Source: Podarcis vaucheri
Lineage: Eukaryota
Assembly (NCBI GenBank): GCA_965113315.1
Contig: OZ220368.1
Strand: one strand, 5' to 3'
Length of the DNA stretch: 64,000 bases
In this document: in pieces, positions 35,790 through 64,000 of the stretch
Layout of the letters: the number at the start of each line of letters is the position of its first letter
How positions within the stretch are numbered: position 1 is the stretch's first letter
Notes under the pieces: model-generated
The model's input: only the letters and a program-made list of their open reading frames with translations
Told to the model about the DNA's origin: nothing
Database searches by the model: none
Made by a program: the position numbers and the translations under genes

Positions 35790-37030
35790 GAAGTCGGCTC
35801 GCGCTTGTTCTCAAGCAGCTTTTGTGTGAAAACCAGCCCAAGAGACCCCGAGAGTGACCCATTAACCAACCCACGACTCAACCTTGCTTCCTCAGCCGCG
35901 ACTTCCCGCTCTGCTGCTTCCACCTATGAAGCCGCTCGCGCCTCAGCGCCTCTCACCCCGTGCACCGCATAGTGAGGTCACGTGCTTGCTTAAAGGCTAG
36001 GCGCTTATGGCTGACTTAAAAGGTGGCAGGTTGTCCTCACCTGCGGTTTAGGTTCAGTCAAGTAACCGCTCCCTGCCGAACCACGGGGTAGAGAGCGAGC
36101 CACATGCAACGGAGAGCAGGGCTCCGCCACACCTTTCACAGCTGAGCTGAGAATTTCAGCAGGTGCAACAGCTGGCGATGCAAAAGGCTGAAATTCCCTT
36201 TTTTGCACGACTTATTAGAGGAGGCGCGGGAGCCCTTGCTCTCCTTTGCACCTGCGAGTTGCGCGCTCGTCCTGCTGCTCGACGCGCGTGGCCTGGGGCC
36301 TCATCCCTACCCGGACCGGCGCGCAATGTTGAGCCACCTGCAGTTCCTCCCTCACGCATCGTGGCGATGTCGAGAGAGGACAGAAATGAATGTTCCCCTT
36401 TTGCACGACTCTCCAGCAGGCGCGCTCTGGAGCCCGGGGCGCGGCCCTCTGTCCGCGCGCGGCGGCGCTCTCGGTGCCCCTCATTGGCCTGCTGTGTGGT
36501 CTGTAATTAATCCCCCGCCGCAGGGTGTCGGGGAGTTACACGTCCTCGCCCAGCAGGGGAGCCCCGGCATCCCCGGCTAATCCCCGTTTCTTGTCGCTCT
36601 CCTCAGGGGGCCCGCCGGCACCTCCAGCAGCCCCTCTTCCTCCCTGTCAGATGCGCAAGTGGCTGTGCGCAGGTCTGAGACAGGGGAGGGAAGCTGCCAT
36701 CGCCAGGGCAGGCGGTGGTGTTCGCCTAATTTACTGAGCTTAACCCTGCAGCAAAAACGGCACACGGTCCCGCTCGCCGCCTCCCCAAATTCCCCAAGGC
36801 TCTCATGACTCTTATGTGGGGAAACCCGGGAAGGGGCGGAAACGGCTGGGAGGGTTGCAAGAACCACGCCGGCCGAGATAAGAGAAAGCGGGTGGGGTGG
36901 AGGAGAGGAGCATTGAAGAGTAGCTCCGAGGTGCTGTGAAGTCGCGGGATTTAAGCTTCCCTTCCTGCCCCGCTTTGCATGACAAAAAGCCCAGCTGCAG
37001 AGATGACACCGTCCCTTCCCCCCACGCCAA
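35790..37030. promoter_or_regulatory. Orphan CpG island between the PTCH2 and HECTD3 3' ends
   Basis: About 1.2 kb, CpG-dense, with no repeat family I recognise; E-box GTCACGTG 35977, CCAAT(-) 36483, GC box 36833. Confidence 0.65.
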
Positions 37031-37640
37031 ATTCACCTCCCCAATTACCAATCAAGCCCATTATGCGGCTACAATAACCTTCAGCTCCGAGGCCCACCCA
37101 GGCAGCCAGCATACAGACAGTACATCCTCGACCCATGAATGGAGCCATTTTGCCAGAGTGTTCCGTCTCCCCTCTTCTATTAAACGCAGCCCATTGCTGG
37201 GAAATAAATACTAGTAACTGCTGCTATTTGAGTAAAGTGAAGCTCGTGGCTTTTGAGGGCCACAGTCTCCATTTAGCATTGGGAGCAGGCAGACCCTGCT
37301 GTTTTGGAAAGCTGATCTTCAAAAAGTGTTTAGCAATCCCCCAGAAAAACGTATATTCCCGGTTCTGTATTCCCACCCCACCCCTCAAATTCTTTTCAGA
37401 ATGTCAGAACTCGGCCTATCTTAGCAAACAGACTCTAACAGCTAGCCAAGCACAGTTCTATTTCCCTCAGCCAACGCGGGACAGCTTTGGTGAAAGGCTT
37501 TAATGAAGGTGGTATCAGAGAAAGCCTAATATGAAATAGAAGCAGGGATTAGAAGGAGTGTGGCCCCTCACAGTCAACAAAGCAGAGGAGGGGCTGACTT
37601 TTCCTAAACCTCAGCATCATCTTATGTTATTATATTATCT

Positions 37641-37790
37641 CATGGGTGTAGCCAAGTGGGGGCAAGGTGGGGCAGCTGCCCCCCATCAAGTAAAACAATA
37701 GAAATACTAAGTGATCAATCACATTGGTTCTGCCCCCCCCAACAAAGTTCTGCCCCCGCCCAAAAAAATCCTGGCTATGCCAGGCCATGG
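37641..37790. mobile_element. Short non-autonomous DNA element (CATGGGTGTAGCC...GGCTATGCC ends)
   Basis: Imperfect terminal inverted repeats; a similar left end occurs at about 48415. Confidence 0.5.
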
Positions 37791-37932
37791 GATTATATTG
37801 GGCTCCATTGTGCCATACCGATATGCTTTGGACCGGTAAGAAGGGTAGCTGAACAATTTGAACAAAACAATATTAGAATTAAAATGGTCAGACCGCTCCT
37901 TTTAATTATGGTGCCATAATGCCCACTGGTGG

Positions 37933-38296
37933 GGGACGCGGGTGGCGCTGTGGGCTAAAGCCTCAGCGCCTAGGGCTTGCCGATCGAAAGGTCGGCAGTT
38001 CGAATCCCCGCGGCGGGGTGCGCTCCCGCTGCTCGGTCCCAGCGCCTGCCCACCTAGCAGTTCGAAAGCACCCCCGGGGGCAAGTAGATAAATAGGTACC
38101 GCTTACCAGCGGGAAGGTAAACGGCGTTCCGTGTGCGGCTCTGGCTCGCCAGAGCAGCGTTGTCACGCTGGCCACGTGACCCGGAAGTGTCTCCGGACAG
38201 CGCTGGCCCCCGGCCAATAGATGTGAGATGGGCGCACAAACCCCAGGGTCTGTCAAGACTGGCCCGTACGGGCAGGGGTACCTTTACCTTTACCTT
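37933..38296 (+). mobile_element. Full-length Sauria SINE
   Basis: tRNA-like head with A box (37943) and B box GTTCGAATCC (37998); (ACCTTT)n tail; perfect 16-bp target duplication TAATGCCCACTGGTGG at 37917-37932 and 38297-38312. Confidence 0.92.
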
Positions 38297-38701
38297 TAAT
38301 GCCCACTGGTGGCCAGAGCTGACCACTGCAACTGTTGAGACAAAAACAGGAAGACTTGGAGGAAGAAAAGTGGGTGGATGGAGTATTGAAAACTTTGAAC
38401 TGTAGTTCTGCACAGAAGCAGGCATGGAAATCACTACAAAGAGGAGGATCCTGAACTGTAACCTGAGGATGAAGTCATTAACAATGTTGGTGTGTAATGA
38501 GGAGACAGTGTAATTTAGTACTAAGAATTTATGGTGCTATTGCTTGTGGATTGAATATATCCCATCCTCTCCCCCCCCCCCCCCGATTGAATAGATTTTT
38601 AGTACATTATGTGTGCTAATTAGCTTATCAATACCAGGATGTCATCAAGAACTGTTTTTCAAATTACCGGTACTGTATTAAGTACATAATTATCACTGTA
38701 C

Positions 38702-38707
38702 TTTATT
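38702..38707 (-). terminator. Candidate HECTD3 polyadenylation signal (AATAAA)
   Basis: tttatt on + about 700 nt downstream of the stop codon; another candidate lies near 39260. Confidence 0.45.
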
Positions 38708-39411
38708 GCATTTCCTTTCCTTATTACAACCCTCCTCCCCAAACAATGTGCATCTAAACCTATAGGCTCATGATAACACTACACACATCTGATGCAGTGG
38801 ATAGTAGTCCACTAGCTTATGCTAGTCATTATGGTGCTGTAAGATTCTTGTTTTCGCTGCAAAAAACCCCAATACTCCTCTAGAACTTATAATTAAGCTG
38901 TGGCCCTCATGTTTATCTTTGGCTAGAAAGATTGACAGAGGAATCTTATAAACATCACCTCAGGTCCATGGGATTTGCTGCCAAGTAAGTGGGTTTGGAA
39001 TTGCAGCCTAGGGAGAGGTACAGGTTTCAGAAGAGAATTAAGAATATTCTAAAATGTTAACTAACAGCAAATATATTTGGCAACTGTCTGCATTTCTTGT
39101 TTGACATCTTTCCTGAGAAAGAAACCAGAATTATTGAATTCTGGAATCCTGCATGCCATTGTCCACTTGCTGGCAACTTGTGTCAGAAATGAAGAGTTTT
39201 TCACCATTCCCATTTTTTGTTTTGGGCTCACTAAAATCCAAGGGGGCAGGCTGTCTGTTTTATTGTATCTGCTTATCAATAATCTGCAAGCTTCACACTT
39301 GGTAATTTATTATATATACACATACATGCTTTCTGGATCTTGATAGTAAGAGATTATTGCATGTAGGAACTATGTAACACAGAAGAAATGGTTAACAAGA
39401 CCTCAAAAAAC

Positions 39412-55266
<15,855 letters not shown>

Positions 55267-57264
55267 CCTGGCCGCCTGCAGCCGCCGAGGCGGGGTTGGC
55301 CCAGAGGGAGCAGCCGCCGCAGGAGCAGCTCCGCCGGTGGCCCCTTCCCTCCCGTCCCGATTCTGGCAGCCGGCGAGTCTTTCCCCAGCGCAGCGACCGG
55401 GAGGAGGGCGGCTGCGGCGGCGGCTGCTTCCTGCTTCTCTCGCCCTCCTTCCTCCTCGGTTCTGCCGAGTGTACCGTAAAGCAGCCTCTATCGGCGGACG
55501 GCTGAATGAGCAAGCCTGGCATGCAAGAAGCCAGGGGAACCGCACAATGGGAATGGGTCGGCGGCAAGCGCCGGACCCCGCGAGGGAGGTTTAGGCCTAA
55601 GGTGAAAGTGGCCAAGGAAGGTCGACGCGCAAGACCTCTGACTGCGTTTCACTTCAGTTCCTGGGCTCATGTGAATGGCTGGCGATGAGGCATATCATAA
55701 AAGTTCGCGTTTCCAAAACAAACACCAGGACAGGCGGAAGGATCTCTGATCAGGTGCTAGGAAATTGACACTACGTAGTAGTAATATAAAGAGTGGCCTT
55801 AAACTAGGGCTAGGGGACCTGCGGCCTTTCCCGCCTTGCTGGTCTGGATCACAACTCCCATCATCCCTGATCATTAGCTATACTAGCCTTGGCTGATGGG
55901 AGTTTGGAGACCACCAGGTTCTCTAACGCATTTAAACATGTTCTCTGTTGCTGAGTTGTGCCCTTTAGATGTCACTGTTCTTTGGAGGTGCCCAATTATC
56001 TAGTGGTAAATCTGCTTGGTACAATCTTGACACTTTCACCTCTGTATCTTCTCTTCCAGAAGGACCTAACACTGTTTCTCACGTCTGTCTTGTCTGTCTC
56101 CCTCATCATTAATGTTCCATGCTCTGGAGTCATATTGCTTCTTAGGCTTACCAGTGTTGATGAACATTGTTAAGCAACACTACAGTACAAGGATCTGTGA
56201 ACACAAATGCACAACCCACATGGGATTAAAAAGACAAGTGGCTTCTGGAAACTTCTGCTCGGCCTGGTGACAAATTTTGCTGTGGAGGTTTTTGCTTGTT
56301 CTTTTGCCAATCTTGGGGTCTCCCCGAGCCTGCTAATACTTCCTTCTTGCACATATATGTTGCACCTTTGGTTACATAAGGACTGGATCTCTGAGAACTG
56401 TGTTTGCTGTTAGTGTATGTATATCATGACTGAGCTGTGGATTCCCAAGTAAAATGTGAGGCACAGACAAAGCAGCCTTTGGCAACACCTTCCCACATTT
56501 TTATCTATTGGTCCCATGTGGTGCTGTGGTTAGGGTAATTTTTATCTCCAAGCAAAGAGCACAATGTATCCAAGGAGGAGGTGGTCCAAAGTTTTTATCA
56601 GCCAAGCACAGGGAATGGCATTCATCGGTTAGGACAGGAAAATACCACATATTTTATGGATGTAGAACTAGTAGCAGATGTACTAATCCAGCTTCTTAAT
56701 CATTCCCCTTGGCTGTGAATACGGGGGCTACATGAGGGCAGTGGACTTGTGGGGAAATGAATGCATATTTCTGTCTTTTAATTCATTTCTGCATGCACAA
56801 TTGTTGCCTTGACCCAAGGGTTTGGTGCATTTGTCTAGCTCCCATGAACTATATGGGTTGTTGCAATGCTCTCTGTACTGTATTTAATTTAATTAGGAGT
56901 TCTAATGCCAATTACTTGTTGGATGTCTATGCTCAAAATAGACCAGAGGGGTTTTTGCTGCCCCACCACTTGGGCGTCTACGAGCCCTGCTCCGCGGTGC
57001 TGGTTCTGCCCTCTCTCCAGCGCCCCAGACAAGCGGCGGCGCGTGTGCTGTGCGCCTCCCGTCCTAACTTTTCCGGGAGACTTGCTACAGCGCACATTAC
57101 GGTAATGCCGGTCCTGCCCCGGCCACGCCCAGCGGGAGCCGTGGGTGGATCCCACGAGCACCAATCGGGGGAGCTGGGGAATGAACCCGGAAGTGGGGAG
57201 GAAGAGGCGTGTTGTTGTCGCCGCCAGGACTCGGGAGTAGGGCGGCCGCAATAGCGCGGGCGGG

Positions 57265-63536
<6,272 letters not shown>

Positions 63537-63950
63537 GTAAGTACAGTTCTTTGGAAATCTCCCAAAGAAACTGTGTGTCATTCCCTATAAATGCTGGTGG
63601 GCGCTGGGAAATGTTGGGATGTGCTGGCCACCTGTGCCGCTGCATGAGGCCAGATGGATTCTGGGTACCGTGGATTTGTAGCTGCAGCATTTGACAACCT
63701 CTGCGGAGGAGAGAGTGTCATGGGGGTGTCACTTACAGGCTGGCGTAGTTCATGCTCTCTCCTAGTAAGGCCGCTGGGTCCCCGACTCCCTGCCTTAGCT
63801 TGCTGCTGCTCAAACATTGACTTCATAGGATGATATTTGTGGAACTAACTGATGGGTGGCAGGTGGCTGAGAGAGGCGGCTTTTCTATGCCTTCCTTTCC
63901 AGCATTTTCTGTTGGGCAGGGAAGACTCACTGGAAAGGGTGTGCCAAGTA

Positions 63951-64000
63951 CAGGGGTACCCCGGGTTAAGAACTTAATTCATTCTGGAGGTCCGTTCTTA
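63951..64000 (-). mobile_element. Same MITE family, copy 3, inverted and cut by the window end
   Basis: TA|CAGGGGTACCCCGGGTTAAGAACTTAATTC is the reverse complement of the right end of the 6567-6808 copy. Confidence 0.78.

Noticed and set aside
35006-35972. 175-aa and 205-aa plus-strand ORFs beside the orphan CpG island
   Set aside because: No recognisable domain or exon structure, and the 205-aa ORF is called from a non-ATG start. Treated as chance ORFs.
37933-38010. tRNA-like sequence with A and B boxes (also at 62759 and about 42780)
   Set aside because: These are SINE heads followed by SINE bodies and tails, not tRNA genes.

Overview
This is vertebrate genomic DNA, most likely from a squamate and probably a lacertid lizard. 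That call is inferred from a Sauria SINE, Squam-type SINEs, an RTE/BovB fragment and Tc1/mariner-type MITEs. The window holds three intron-rich genes, which I reconstructed exon by exon from GT-AG boundaries and frame continuity. (1) PTCH2 on + (coding exons 3-23, 4108-27618; exons 1-2 lie upstream of the window). (2) HECTD3 on -, complete (21 exons, 55266 to 39412, 2574 nt, 857 aa). (3) UROD on + (exons 1-5, 57265-63536, continuing past the window), head-to-head with HECTD3. Most entries in the ORF track are spurious or are exon plus intron read-through. I found no convincing novel multi-gene system. The items most worth following up are: a 24-nt tandem duplication across the UROD exon 3 donor that creates an in-frame alternative donor; an orphan CpG island at about 36 kb with minus-strand splice sites (candidate unannotated transcript); a gene order that differs from human (PTCH2 convergent with HECTD3, no EIF2B3 between them); perfect intronic GLI sites in PTCH2; a long PTCH1-like but PPxY-less PTCH2 tail; a sense-oriented solo LTR and a 93-bp inter-intron duplication in HECTD3; and MITEs carrying NRF1/ETS promoter motifs. 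All homology calls come from recalled protein and repeat sequences, not from database searches.
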